From the sequence record NZ_CP128206.1: a stretch of DNA of 64,000 nt; one strand, 5' to 3'. This DNA is from a plasmid. The first letter of the stretch is position 1. Each line of letters starts with the position of its first letter. Shown here in pieces: positions 31,001 through 39,667 of the stretch. Both the position numbers and the translations under genes were made by a program. Under the pieces are notes generated by a model, which saw only the letters and a program-made list of their open reading frames with translations, ran no database searches and was not told the DNA's origin.

Positions 31001-32478
31001 ACTGTGTCATTATCAAAACAGCGCTCTACCCCATTGAGATCCTTTGAGCAAAATTGGCCTTCGTTAAACCCACAGTTGGAAGTCACTTCCACTTTTCGAC
31101 AAAACGGACTGATGCCTAAACTAGCAAATGGGTTCGATTTGAAATTAGACTCACAGACTTTCACCCCGTTCATCACCGTACAACCGGCTGCATCAAGGCT
31201 TGGCATGTCGGTACACTGAAACGAGCCGGTACAGTAACCGTCATCGATCTGTTTTTTTACTTGGAAAGCTTTGTCGATGTTTTCTTGCGTTGTCCAATTG
31301 TCACCGTACACGAGATCGTTCATGTTGTAGTACACCAACAAAGAGGAATAGCCTTCCCCTTCCCCCGCTACAGAGGTGCGAGTTTTAAACGTTATCTCAC
31401 CATATTCAGGCACACTGGTGAATGAACTGGTGACGTTAATGTTAGGTCGGGTGTCCCAGGAAGTGCTTAACTCACATTTCGTCCCGACTTCGGGCGGAAA
31501 TTCACCGTTCGGGCCGTTGTAGATTTTCACCCCGTTCAAATACACTTGGTGATAATCATCGAACTTCGAGCGATCCAGAACGGCATAAGTAATTTTATCC
31601 GGCTTCAACACTTCAACGGACATGCTCTCTTCATAAATCGTACACCAGCCTGGCCAGTAATTGTTGCCTACTGTGCCGATCCAAACCTGTGTGCAGCCAT
31701 TTCCGCAAGAAACAAGGTTCACCGGACCGCTTTTATGTCTCAAAATGCCGACTTTGTATTCGTGGCTGATGGTAAATGTCTCTTCGACAACCGGTAGTTT
31801 TTCGCACGTTTCGTATTTCGGCACATGGTAATCCTTGCCTGACGAAATGAGCTCAGTCGTGAGTGTGCAGTTGGCAAAGTCTTTGGTAATGTCGGTGAGG
31901 TTGTCGAGTACCTGATCGGTGTTCTTCCACATCGGATCGTTGCTTAAATCCGGCTTTTGAGTAGCAAAAGACCTCTTCAGTAGATGATAAGCTCGTTCAC
32001 CGCTTGAATCGGCGGTTTCGAGTGTCTTTTGTTCGTATTTATCTTTCGCTAACTGGCCTTGGATAAGGGTTTTGGAATCACTGCCATAGGTGTCGGTATC
32101 AGCGGGGATGTAATCATTGTCGCGCTGACCCGTGAGCTCCTGTTTCGTCATAATGGCTTTGCCATTGACCATCAGCGAACCATCTGACGAAAAGGTTGGA
32201 TTAGAGTGTGCGTTTTTGACAGGTTGTTTAACCTGTGTTTTTTGCACGTTTGCATTGGGTTGTTTCGCCAAAACCTTAAAGGTGAAGCGAATCAAGCAGA
32301 ACGCAAGATAGGCAACCAACGAAACCGTTGCCAGTAGGATAAATGCTGCCACCATCCGAGCTGGATTCTCTGCTTGGTAAGCAACAAAGGCACCAATAAA
32401 ACACAAAGCAAAAACCGTGAAGTTTTTGAATGATGTTTTTGGTAGAAGTGTTGATAGGGTTTGAGTTGAAGTGTTCAT
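28078..32478 (-). CDS. traN: TraN-like mating-pair stabilisation protein of an F-type T4SS, unusually large (1466 aa) and cysteine-rich
   Basis: C-terminal region ...GSYCKTEVLGACIEKRQSYCVFDSPLSRIMMEQIYAQSQ...NWGTAKKPNCTGVGIQDLDKVDWDKV matches the conserved TraN C-terminal cysteine motifs. About 100 Cys residues overall. Confidence 0.8.
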   Translation of the reverse strand: MNTSTQTLSTLLPKTSFKNFTVFALCFIGAFVAYQAENPARMVAAFILLATVSLVAYLAFCLIRFTFKVLAKQPNANVQKTQVKQPVKNAHSNPTFSSDGSLMVNGKAIMTKQELTGQRDNDYIPADTDTYGSDSKTLIQGQLAKDKYEQKTLETADSSGERAYHLLKRSFATQKPDLSNDPMWKNTDQVLDNLTDITKDFANCTLTTELISSGKDYHVPKYETCEKLPVVEETFTISHEYKVGILRHKSGPVNLVSCGNGCTQVWIGTVGNNYWPGWCTIYEESMSVEVLKPDKITYAVLDRSKFDDYHQVYLNGVKIYNGPNGEFPPEVGTKCELSTSWDTRPNINVTSSFTSVPEYGEITFKTRTSVAGEGEGYSSLLVYYNMNDLVYGDNWTTQENIDKAFQVKKQIDDGYCTGSFQCTDMPSLDAAGCTVMNGVKVCESNFKSNPFASLGISPFCRKVEVTSNCGFNEGQFCSKDLNGVERCFDNDTVDRNQCKKYEENPTCSYIKSECVEGAEGSSGHCYVQEDTYDCGFTASTGQPKEEQVLRCDGKLQCVGENCYSPARDGANEDFGKVNAYLEMLKYAKADMTCQGIPESPYDADAPPDQYIPVPSCADGFVYNKQTNQCLKPTGCTYSDNDFYAASSRNGIQVLVGNQVVVDDASVPTCIPVKKNGVTYTCGEAKKKLATDTFYEVCTNAESPVIPSGCPSPDHTLNPKTGYCEIPPTPTCPDGVPLVEGNDPWSVDDDVCLLEVPATPECNGSNETYNSNTGMCEAIVFNVPSCPNGIQPINGMCQGQQAGCFWDNDSSAYHNTSNFLGGESWDHNGLCLYDTILNVCYEKTDARHLKGNYWRGKLRAKWYLARYNGNNCGGTTNVSYYSASNEYINTGATPRFENSGKKVNGYCFQDHESPLYSYEICTNISVNQQASCGAGYTLDKANNKCVSSSSSAPVWTCSAEGTFYDPKTDSCRREEPAQIGCPSQYPIWNEAEGRCTSKGPSPLADARAQFELNSVEVELTQTQTQQIVAMALSPFEHMLDTLIPKANASSELQGSEEAKLTQETMQQYVAEQFLSMAEEQQKNIALTTVGRQQLMGLASASSTAQPMSMSTMSTSSVTTSSGGDTNVTCELFKGTASECKIAVGGMQNCCKSPVAVTLADYISLTTKMIQMDALTGQVMGLENYPGVWETASTWGSATAQSAWSAVQGEFISPADIVAQMGKNGAKDGLMSAVAQQMMQYTNQFLIDTFGPEVAQMFFQEVAIESGGTALAASAEMAAAGQALMYVYYAYLAYVVFNLLVNVIYECEEEELDLAMKRELLSTHKIGSYCKTEVLGACIEKRQSYCVFDSPLSRIMMEQIYAQSQMNLNWGTAKKPNCTGVGIQDLDKVDWDKVNLDEWIGILISTGNYTDMVNVNIDSLTGKGSNLNTQQGGTDRNNVLEANRERMENIDADEVRRDAYEDAWSRSQ

Positions 32479-32495
32479 AATGTGTCTCCATTAGA

Positions 32496-32536
32496 CAAAA
32501 AAATGGGACACATTACCCCTACGGGCTTTGTGTCCC
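32496..32536 (-). terminator. rho-independent terminator (stem GGGACACA / TGTGTCCC, loop AAGCCCGTAGGGGTAA, T7) just upstream of traN
   Basis: Perfect 8-bp stem plus ATTTTTTT. Confidence 0.65.
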
Positions 32537-32561
32537 GTTTGGGGTTTGAATTAATATCGAC

Positions 32562-32678
32562 CTATTTATCTAGATGATACTTTTTGCTGTAGTGCTTGAC
32601 GACTTGCCATCCGACAATACCAAGTATTGTCACAAAGCCAATACACATACCAAGATAGATTAGTGCGCCAGTAGTCAT
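32562..32678 (-). CDS. small membrane peptide (38 aa) with a strong RBS
   Basis: AAGGAGAATCAT-ATG; MTTGALIYLGMCIGFVTILGIVGWQVVKHYSKKYHLDK. Confidence 0.35.
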   Translation of the reverse strand: MTTGALIYLGMCIGFVTILGIVGWQVVKHYSKKYHLDK

Positions 32679-32728
32679 ATGATTCTCCTTTTCGATAAGT
32701 ATAACAAAGTGGCGTTTTTTAAACCAAA

Positions 32729-32962
32729 TTATTCCTCTCCATCGCTGTTTTGAACCATATCACCTATCACCAAGCCCACATCAATAATCACATAGGCGAG
32801 CATAAATGCTATACCGACTGCAATTGTGATGACGTTCATTGGGATATTGTCTGCTGTGCTAACTAAGTTGATTCCTCCTGTGACCATTATACCTGCGCCT
32901 ATTGCTAGGAACACATTGGCAAACGCTCGAAGAAATGCTTTTTTTATAATATTCATACGCAT
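32729..32962 (-). CDS. small membrane protein (77 aa, 2 TM)
   Basis: Hydrophobic ORF upstream of traN. Confidence 0.4.
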   Translation of the reverse strand: MRMNIIKKAFLRAFANVFLAIGAGIMVTGGINLVSTADNIPMNVITIAVGIAFMLAYVIIDVGLVIGDMVQNSDGEE

Positions 32963-33104
32963 TACCTCATTTGTTATTTTGAATATTTAATAACAGAGAT
33001 AAACGTATGGCCCGTAAGGGATAGTTTATCCCCGTTGGGCTGAACACATCGTCAAAGTAAAAACTTATCGGATGGTAAAGAGTGACCGTTATTGGTCAAT
33101 TGAA

Positions 33105-34160
33105 AAGGCCTTGTTGCTTAAATCAATGGAACTAAATCAGGAAGCTACGATCTGATCGGCTACACCCATCAATCGTCGTAGCCTCATGCCTAAACCTCGT
33201 TACAAAACAACTAACTGGAAGCAGTACAATAAATCCTTAATCAACCGTGGTTCTCTGGCCTTTTGGATTGATGAGGAAGCGATAGCTGAGTGGAAGCAAA
33301 ACAAACAAGGCAAGCGTGGTAGACCTCGCCGATTCAGCGACTTAGCCATTACTACCGCACTGATGGTGAAACGCGTTTTCTCTATGCCCTTGAGAGCGCT
33401 GCAAGGTTTTCTAGACTCCGTATTTAAGCTGGCTAACATCCCGCTTGTTTGCCCGCACTACACCTGTATAAGCCGCCGAGCTAAGGAAGTTGAAGTTTCA
33501 TTTAAAACCAAAACCAGAGGAGCAATACAACATCTGGCCATTGATGCCACTGGCCTCAAGGTTTATGGCGAAGGTGAATGGAAGGTCAAGAAGCATGGAA
33601 CTGATGGGAAGCGAAGAGTCTGGCGTAAGCTGCATATCGCGGTAGATACAAGCACCCACGAAATAGTCGCAGCAGAGCTGAGCTTATCTAACGTAACTGA
33701 TGCCGAAGTGCTCCCCAACTTACTCAAGCAAACACGTCGTAAAATCATTGAGATATCAGGCGATGGGGCTTATGACACAAGGAATTGCCATGATGCCATA
33801 CGGATCAAGCGAGCTGTTCCGCTCATCCCGCCAAGAGAAGGAGCAGCCTTCTGGGAACAAGGGCATCCTCGTAACTTAGCGGTAGGTTGCCAGAAGCTCT
33901 ACGGCTCCAACAAGAAGTGGAAAAAGCGGTATGGCTATCATAAGCGCTCTCTATCAGAGACCGCAATGTACCGAGTAAAACAGCTGCTAGGTGGGAAATT
34001 AAGCCTGAGGAACTACAACGCTCAAGTTGGCGAGACTTACGCTATGATTAAAGCCCTGAATAAGCTTACAGGGCTTGGCATGCCTGAAACACAGTATATC
34101 GGTTAAGAATTAAGCACAATGGGGCAGGCATGGCTTATCTATGAATTAAGCAACAAAGCC
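33105..34160 (+). mobile_element. IS5-family (IS903-group) insertion sequence, copy 1; left IR GGCCTTGTTGCTTAAATCAATGGAAC, right IR ...GAATTAAGCAACAAAGCC
   Basis: Terminal IRs typical of the IS903 group; 306-aa transposase. No 9-bp target duplication (AATTGAAAA vs TTTAATAAT). Confidence 0.9.
33186..34106 (+). CDS. IS903-group transposase (306 aa)
   Basis: MPKPRYKTTNWKQYNKSLINRGSLAFWIDEEA... is IS903-like. Confidence 0.92.
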   Translation: MPKPRYKTTNWKQYNKSLINRGSLAFWIDEEAIAEWKQNKQGKRGRPRRFSDLAITTALMVKRVFSMPLRALQGFLDSVFKLANIPLVCPHYTCISRRAKEVEVSFKTKTRGAIQHLAIDATGLKVYGEGEWKVKKHGTDGKRRVWRKLHIAVDTSTHEIVAAELSLSNVTDAEVLPNLLKQTRRKIIEISGDGAYDTRNCHDAIRIKRAVPLIPPREGAAFWEQGHPRNLAVGCQKLYGSNKKWKKRYGYHKRSLSETAMYRVKQLLGGKLSLRNYNAQVGETYAMIKALNKLTGLGMPETQYIG

Positions 34161-34943
34161 TTTAATAATATCAATTTCGCTGAACCATTCCTGTGTGCTC
34201 CAATCGCTCGTATTTTGACTAGTTCGAATCATCACCGTTTGACCAATCATCGTTTGAGCTTTGTTCAAAACTTCTAATGCAGACTCTTTGTATTTAGTAA
34301 TACTCATTTTTCTGGTATCGCCTGTACTATTTTTGATGATAATAATTGAACCTACTTTCGATGCTGATACCAGTGTTCCAAAGTCATTCCACACAAAATT
34401 GTTCATTTCTAAAACCTTATAAACGGTTGTACGACTGCATCCTAACTCTTTACTAATAGCATGCTTGTTCATTCCCTGCTCAGCAAACGCTTCTATGCGT
34501 TCATGTAGTTGCTTATCAGGAAATCGTCCGATGTGCCTGCCTTCAGCTTTAGCTCTCTCCCTGCCCTCGTTACAGCGCTGTAAGATACGTTTTCTTTCCA
34601 TTTCTGCGAAAGCGGAAATCGTTGTGTAAATGACCCGTCCCACATCACTATTGATGTCTAAATCCCCGAGGTCATGAAACACCAGTCCAGCCCCCTTATC
34701 TGAAAGCTCATCGGCAATCTTAAGAGCATCTATCGTATTACGTGCAATGCGGTCCACTTTAGTTACATGGATAACATCACCTTCACGGGCAAACTCGATC
34801 AAGCGAGAAAGCTCTTCACGATCAGCCGACTTTCCGCTGGCTTTTTCCTGGAATACTTTCTCACATCCTATCGATTGAAGTTGCTCAAGCTGAACATTCA
34901 GAGTTTGGTCGTCAGAACTAACACGGGCATAGCCGATTTTCAT
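34146..34943 (-). CDS. serine recombinase (resolvase-like) with a C-terminal extension. The 3' end was replaced by the IS903-group IR; the last 4 codons and stop come from the IR.
   Basis: Catalytic-Ser N-terminus MKIGYARVSSDDQTLNVQ... The ORF ends ...GFVA* within GGCTTTGTTGCTTAA of the IS terminal repeat. Confidence 0.8.
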   Translation of the reverse strand: MKIGYARVSSDDQTLNVQLEQLQSIGCEKVFQEKASGKSADREELSRLIEFAREGDVIHVTKVDRIARNTIDALKIADELSDKGAGLVFHDLGDLDINSDVGRVIYTTISAFAEMERKRILQRCNEGRERAKAEGRHIGRFPDKQLHERIEAFAEQGMNKHAISKELGCSRTTVYKVLEMNNFVWNDFGTLVSASKVGSIIIIKNSTGDTRKMSITKYKESALEVLNKAQTMIGQTVMIRTSQNTSDWSTQEWFSEIDIIKGFVA

Positions 34944-35143
34944 GATAGAGGCCTTAAAGTGAACAATAAGATAAGCAGTAATTAGTGTACATGTTCACTA
35001 ATAATAATTAAGACTAACTGAACAGTTTTGTGATGGGTGCTTCATTATGTCCATAAAGGTACACCTTTATGGACATTTAGTCATAACATTCGAATAGTTT
35101 AAATCGTTCGATTCGTTTATAATTAACCCAAAGGAGAGTAACT

Positions 35144-35389
35144 ATGCAATCATTAACAGCAAATACAGCAAAAACCAAATTTGGCGATTTACTGATGAAG
35201 GTTCAGCGTGAACCCGTGCAAATCAGTAAAAATGGCTCACCGGTTGCGGTGATGATGTCCTGTGAAGAATATGAGCAATTAGAAGCACTCAAGATGATGC
35301 TGGTTAAATCTCGTTTTGAACAGGCAGAAATTGATATCAGGAATGGCGATCTGGTCGATGGTGATGAATTTATGAAATCTCTGGCTTAA
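35144..35389 (+). CDS. Phd/YefM-family antitoxin (81 aa)
   Basis: Family signature; immediately upstream of a ParE/RelE-type toxin gene. Confidence 0.8.
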   Translation: MQSLTANTAKTKFGDLLMKVQREPVQISKNGSPVAVMMSCEEYEQLEALKMMLVKSRFEQAEIDIRNGDLVDGDEFMKSLA

Positions 35390-35403
35390 GGGTTAATGTT
35401 TTC

Positions 35404-35706
35404 ATGAGCAGTTATAAGCTTTCACCTTTAGCCCAGTCTGATCTCACTGATATTCGTCGTTACACCATAGAACATTGGGGCAGTACTCAATGGTCCGTCT
35501 ATTTTAATGAATTACAGGAATCGATGTCATTGCTGGCAAGTAACGAACTGATCGGAATTCAGATCCCGGAAATGGGAGAGCGATACTACCGTTTTCCTCT
35601 GAAGCACCATGTGATTTATTACATCACTCAGGAAGACCATATCGTTATCGTCGCTGTGCTGGGTAAGCATATGTCTCCTGCAAAACATTTTGCGTCTATT
35701 TCTTAA
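35404..35706 (+). CDS. ParE/RelE-superfamily toxin (100 aa)
   Basis: Pairs with the upstream antitoxin; ParE-like N-terminus. Confidence 0.75.
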   Translation: MSSYKLSPLAQSDLTDIRRYTIEHWGSTQWSVYFNELQESMSLLASNELIGIQIPEMGERYYRFPLKHHVIYYITQEDHIVIVAVLGKHMSPAKHFASIS

Positions 35707-36305
35707 TTTTTTAATTTCCGGCGAATAATATAATCACGCAATGTGCTCGGTGCTTCATCTATCAACTTTGCCGTAGGCCGGATACCTAGCCCCATTTTGA
35801 GGTATTTTTCGATTTGATCACGTTTAGCGTCCAGCTTTAATTTATTTGCCGGCCCTTTAGGTCTGCCAAGAATTACCCCATCCTTTTTGCGTGCCGCCAG
35901 TGCTTCTTTGGTCCGCATCGAGATAAACTCGCGTTCAATCTCAGCGGCGAGCCCAAGCACTGTTGCGGTAATTCTGGCCTGCATAGAGCCGTCCAGCTGC
36001 ATGTTCTGTTTGGCTATGTACACATCGATTTTTTTCTCCATGCATACTTCCAACACTTCAAGTACCTGTAAGGTAGAACGGGCGATACGGCTCACTTCGG
36101 CAAAAATGAGTTTATCTCCGGATGTCATGCCCTCTATCAGAGCTCCGAGTTTGCGCTCGTGCCATTTTTTCTTGCCTGTGACGATGTCTTCAACAAAGCA
36201 AAGACCGGATAAACCAACTTTGTTGGCGTATTCATAGATACCGTGCTTTTGGTTAGCAACATCCTGGCTGTCGGAAGATACTCTAAGGTAGGCGTAGTGG
36301 GTCAT
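35703..36305 (-). CDS. serine recombinase (resolvase/invertase family, 200 aa)
   Basis: MTHYAYLRVSSDSQDVANQ... catalytic N-terminal domain plus a C-terminal HTH. Confidence 0.85.
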   Translation of the reverse strand: MTHYAYLRVSSDSQDVANQKHGIYEYANKVGLSGLCFVEDIVTGKKKWHERKLGALIEGMTSGDKLIFAEVSRIARSTLQVLEVLEVCMEKKIDVYIAKQNMQLDGSMQARITATVLGLAAEIEREFISMRTKEALAARKKDGVILGRPKGPANKLKLDAKRDQIEKYLKMGLGIRPTAKLIDEAPSTLRDYIIRRKLKN

Positions 36306-36465
36306 GGCAATCTCCTTTTGTTCAGGAGTGTTATAACAATCCCAGACATAAAAAAGGTGTGCGATTACCTGGATTGTGACCTTTAAAAAATAAAAAGAAG
36401 AAAGAAATGTAATTGTTATTGTTGTGGTTAACTGTGTAAATCTTTGATTTTCCAGTTATCCACAT

Positions 36466-36474
36466 CAGCTATAA
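36466..36474. promoter_or_regulatory. consensus DnaA box TTATCCACA at the edge of an AT-rich, GATC-containing stretch of the origin
   Basis: Exact match to TTATCCACA, followed by ~100 bp of >75% AT with repeated AGATCTATAG. Confidence 0.6.
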
Positions 36475-36572
36475 AGATCTATAGATAACTATTAAAACTA
36501 TACAGACTATAAATCTATAAGATCTATAGTTTATGTAACGTACTGATTATTAATAATAAAAATAGCATTTAT

Positions 36573-36740
36573 GATCCTATTTTAGGTATTTAGATAACAC
36601 TATTCAGGTTGAAATGATCTTATTTCAGGTGTGGTTGATCACTTATCAGGTGAATAGATGACACATTTCAGGTGTTAATGATCGTATGTCAGGTGTTTAG
36701 ATGACAGTTTTTAGGTGTCCGGAAGTCAGATCAGGCACTT
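36573..36740. repeat. array of ~7 direct iterons (21-22 bp spacing, core TnTCAGGTG), with inverted partial copies at 36775-36920
   Basis: gatcttatttcaggtgtggtt / gatcacttatcaggtgaatag / atgacacatttcaggtgttaat / gatcgtatgtcaggtgtttag / atgacagtttttaggtgtcc ... Positioned downstream of the repA 3' end. Confidence 0.8.
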
Positions 36741-36914
36741 ACTGAGCATGGCGGATGTATTACAGCGATTACTACACCTGATTTCTGTCTTTGATACCGC
36801 TTAAGTATCACATTTTAGGTGGATCTCGTTCTTTACACCTAAAATGTGTCATACATCACGTGGATATACCTTATTTATGTCCGTTGTGGGAGATAAGCAC
36901 CTAAATTATGTCTG

Positions 36915-38009
36915 CTAGTACTCTGGGTTGTTACTGATTTCTGACAGGGTTTCTATCTTATCCAGCAGCGAATCAACTTCATTCTGAGTGTTTTCTTCTT
37001 GTTCTGCTTGTTGCTTAAGGTGACGTTTCGATAAGCTCTCTTCCACTTTGATGGCGTGTTCTTCTTTCCCTATGTAACGATAAGCAATCGCCAGGGACTC
37101 GAGCTCTGCTTTAGAAAGGCGAATGTTGTTTTGCAGCCTTTTAAGCTCAAGTTCCCGAATTGTTTTCAGTGCGTCATGCTGATTGAGTTCGTCTACAGTG
37201 CCGAGCTTTATCCAGCGGAACAGGAACTTGATCCCAGTGATGGTCCGGCCTTTCTTGATCACTTCAAATCCTTTTTCTCCGCTATCGCTTTCGAGAAATA
37301 GAAGTTCTTTTCGGATCTGTGGATGCTCAGAGAGTTCCTTAATGCTTTCACGAATACAGCGCTTCATGAATACGCTGTTGTTCTTAAAAGAAGTCTTATC
37401 CTTTTTAAGCTTCCCTGCTTCATTAAGGAGGCCAAAGACGCCTTTCAGCTCGTCGAGCTTTTGCTGGTGCATTTCAAAGCCTTTGTCTTTGAAGCGGCTC
37501 AGCAGCTCATAAAGGCGCTTGGAGTATTCTTTTTTTACATCAAAGAAATTACGGGTGTTGATCAAGGCAAATCCCTGATTGTACTCGATGTATTCAGATT
37601 TAAGCATGTCGTTAGGAACCATGGTTAATACACCATTTTTATAGGCAATATGCTTAAACAGAGGACGATAGTCGAACTCTGTATCTCCTTTTCTGGATTC
37701 GATTTTGATACCGATTTTACGGCTGGCCAGACGATTAGCTACCGGGCTTAAGTTACTGCCAATGTGTTTGGATTCAACGCCTAACCATTCTGATAACTGG
37801 TGTGAAGTGAATTCGTAATGTGGAGTGTTGGTATCCCAGTCAGCCGCTTTCATATGAGCCACCATCAGCGCAAACATATCCGCTTCCCTGGCTGAAAGAT
37901 CCTGACGGCTGAATACCAGCTGATGACCTTTCTTGATGTGCTTTGGCAGGTTGTCACTGACGACAGGATAGTAATATTGTTCTTCGCTCATGGTTTCCAT
38001 CCAAGACAT
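36915..38009 (-). CDS. repA: iteron-type plasmid replication initiator RepA (364 aa); resembles IncA/C-family RepA in size and organisation, assignment tentative
   Basis: Adjacent iteron array plus a DnaA box. Long 5' leader with a GATC cluster. Confidence 0.75.
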   Translation of the reverse strand: MSWMETMSEEQYYYPVVSDNLPKHIKKGHQLVFSRQDLSAREADMFALMVAHMKAADWDTNTPHYEFTSHQLSEWLGVESKHIGSNLSPVANRLASRKIGIKIESRKGDTEFDYRPLFKHIAYKNGVLTMVPNDMLKSEYIEYNQGFALINTRNFFDVKKEYSKRLYELLSRFKDKGFEMHQQKLDELKGVFGLLNEAGKLKKDKTSFKNNSVFMKRCIRESIKELSEHPQIRKELLFLESDSGEKGFEVIKKGRTITGIKFLFRWIKLGTVDELNQHDALKTIRELELKRLQNNIRLSKAELESLAIAYRYIGKEEHAIKVEESLSKRHLKQQAEQEENTQNEVDSLLDKIETLSEISNNPEY

Positions 38010-38934
38010 AACTTAGGTTAATTATTACATAATATAGGTGAGCTGAACAAATTAATACCTGGATTGTGTCACATAAAATTTGACAGATATATTTCTCTTT
38101 TGAGGCGGCGCAAAAACAGGCGTGTAATTGTTTTGATCCTCGCTGTTTAAAGATCAGATCTTCGATCTCAGCATGGATCTAAAAGAGATGCATAAATGAA
38201 AGTTTTTCCCCCTCAATTATGTCCGGTTCTTACATGCCGGTCGTTACGGGAAAAGACGCCAGCGACAGTAAATAAATGGGCGGCCATTGTGCTTGTACAA
38301 TCAAAGAAAATGTAAGTGACAACGTGATGTCGTCTTGACGGGTGACGCCTGAGTTTTGGTTTTAACTTACTCAGGATAAACAGGTTCTACGGGTGATGAT
38401 GACCCTGCCTTGCTGTTAGGTTGATTAATTTTTAACACAAACCAGTAAAGGAAACGGAAGAGAGTAACGCCTCGACCTGCGATGGAGTGGCGAACCATGT
38501 GACTAAGCCCAGCCCTAACTAATCTGTCACAAATTTACGCACCTGATAAAACATCACGAAGAAAAACCAACATCTTAAATATTCCTGGATGGGAGAAGAC
38601 AGGGTTGATGCTAACGCTTTTATGTGGCATCACCCAGCCCCGTCATAGACTTCCTATGTGCGAAAAATACGGTCGTTAATTTTAATCATCTACCCTAATC
38701 ATCATCACTGTCACTTATCATCCTATTGTTTACCCCTTTCTTTCGATTAAAAACCCGCGACGCTGTGCGAGATTAACCTGTGTCCCCTGCCCTCCCGGAT
38801 TGAGACGAGAGCTGGCTCCACTTTGTTCAATATACAACACCATTACATTTTTATTTCGGGTGAGTCGCAGGGAATTTGCTCACGCTTTTTTTATTTCTCT
38901 TACCTTGTATGTTGTAGCGGTCAGGAAGAAGAGT

Positions 38935-39657
38935 ATGCGATTTTTAAAACTTAGAACCGATCATAAACGCCAGCGAAAAGACGGGTCTCGTTATGTGACA
39001 CCTTTAATCGTAGATACCCCTCGTCGCTTTGCGCCAAGCCGGGATCGAAAAGAAACCAGCTTACGCCGAACCCAGTGTCAGCTGATAACCGGTGCGCATG
39101 ATTCGGGTAAAAGCCGGTGGCTCACCCGCCTGCGTGACAGCCGGCACGAGATCTGGGGCAGTAAACCACAACCGGTTTTGCTGGAAGGCCTGATGCCGCT
39201 TTCCAGCTGGGTGGAAGTGAAAGGGATTGAACAATGGTACGAAAATTGTCACGAAGAAGACGCCTGTTTTACTCCCTGGAGCAAGCTCAACCTGCAACTC
39301 AAAGCGGATTTACTGGCTGATTACCTGGTTGAGACTCAATCGCTGCTGTTCATCGACGATGCTCACAAGCTGACAGGACGTAAAGCACAGATAGCGCGTA
39401 AATGTCTGCTGTCAGCAAAAACCTGGCTGATGGCCTGCAGTGAAGAAGGACGCTTGCCTCCTTCTATTCGCCCTATTGTTGAAAGGCGTGAGCCTCAACG
39501 TATCAATCTGGAAAGTGACGTGAGTTACGACACAACGAAAGCCCTGATCTGGTTCATGGTTGCCTTATGTGTCGTTGCCGGCGCCTGGGAAGCGGGGGCT
39601 GTGATTGGGGGGCTTCAGATGTTGGGCAATGGACGGAGGTCTACCCGTGCAGATTAG
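38935..39657 (+). CDS. hypothetical protein (start taken at MRFLKL..., ~240 aa)
   Basis: ORF 38800..39657; the internal Met is preceded by AGGAAGAAGAG. Confidence 0.4.
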   Translation: MRFLKLRTDHKRQRKDGSRYVTPLIVDTPRRFAPSRDRKETSLRRTQCQLITGAHDSGKSRWLTRLRDSRHEIWGSKPQPVLLEGLMPLSSWVEVKGIEQWYENCHEEDACFTPWSKLNLQLKADLLADYLVETQSLLFIDDAHKLTGRKAQIARKCLLSAKTWLMACSEEGRLPPSIRPIVERREPQRINLESDVSYDTTKALIWFMVALCVVAGAWEAGAVIGGLQMLGNGRRSTRAD

Positions 39658-39667
39658 AGCACCCTGG

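Noticed and set aside
28192-31797. Multiple plus-strand ORFs inside traN
   Set aside because: All antisense to the 1466-aa TraN ORF.
32998-33030. Hairpin GATAAAC...GTTTATC as a sixth member of the terminator family
   Set aside because: The stem is AT-rich and lacks a clean T-run. It shares only the inner CCCTTACGGG-like motif, so it is noted within the finding and not as a confident terminator.
36573-36920. Repeat array considered as a possible CRISPR array
   Set aside because: The repeat units are 21-22 bp with no unique spacers between them and sit beside repA with a DnaA box. They are plasmid iterons, not CRISPR.
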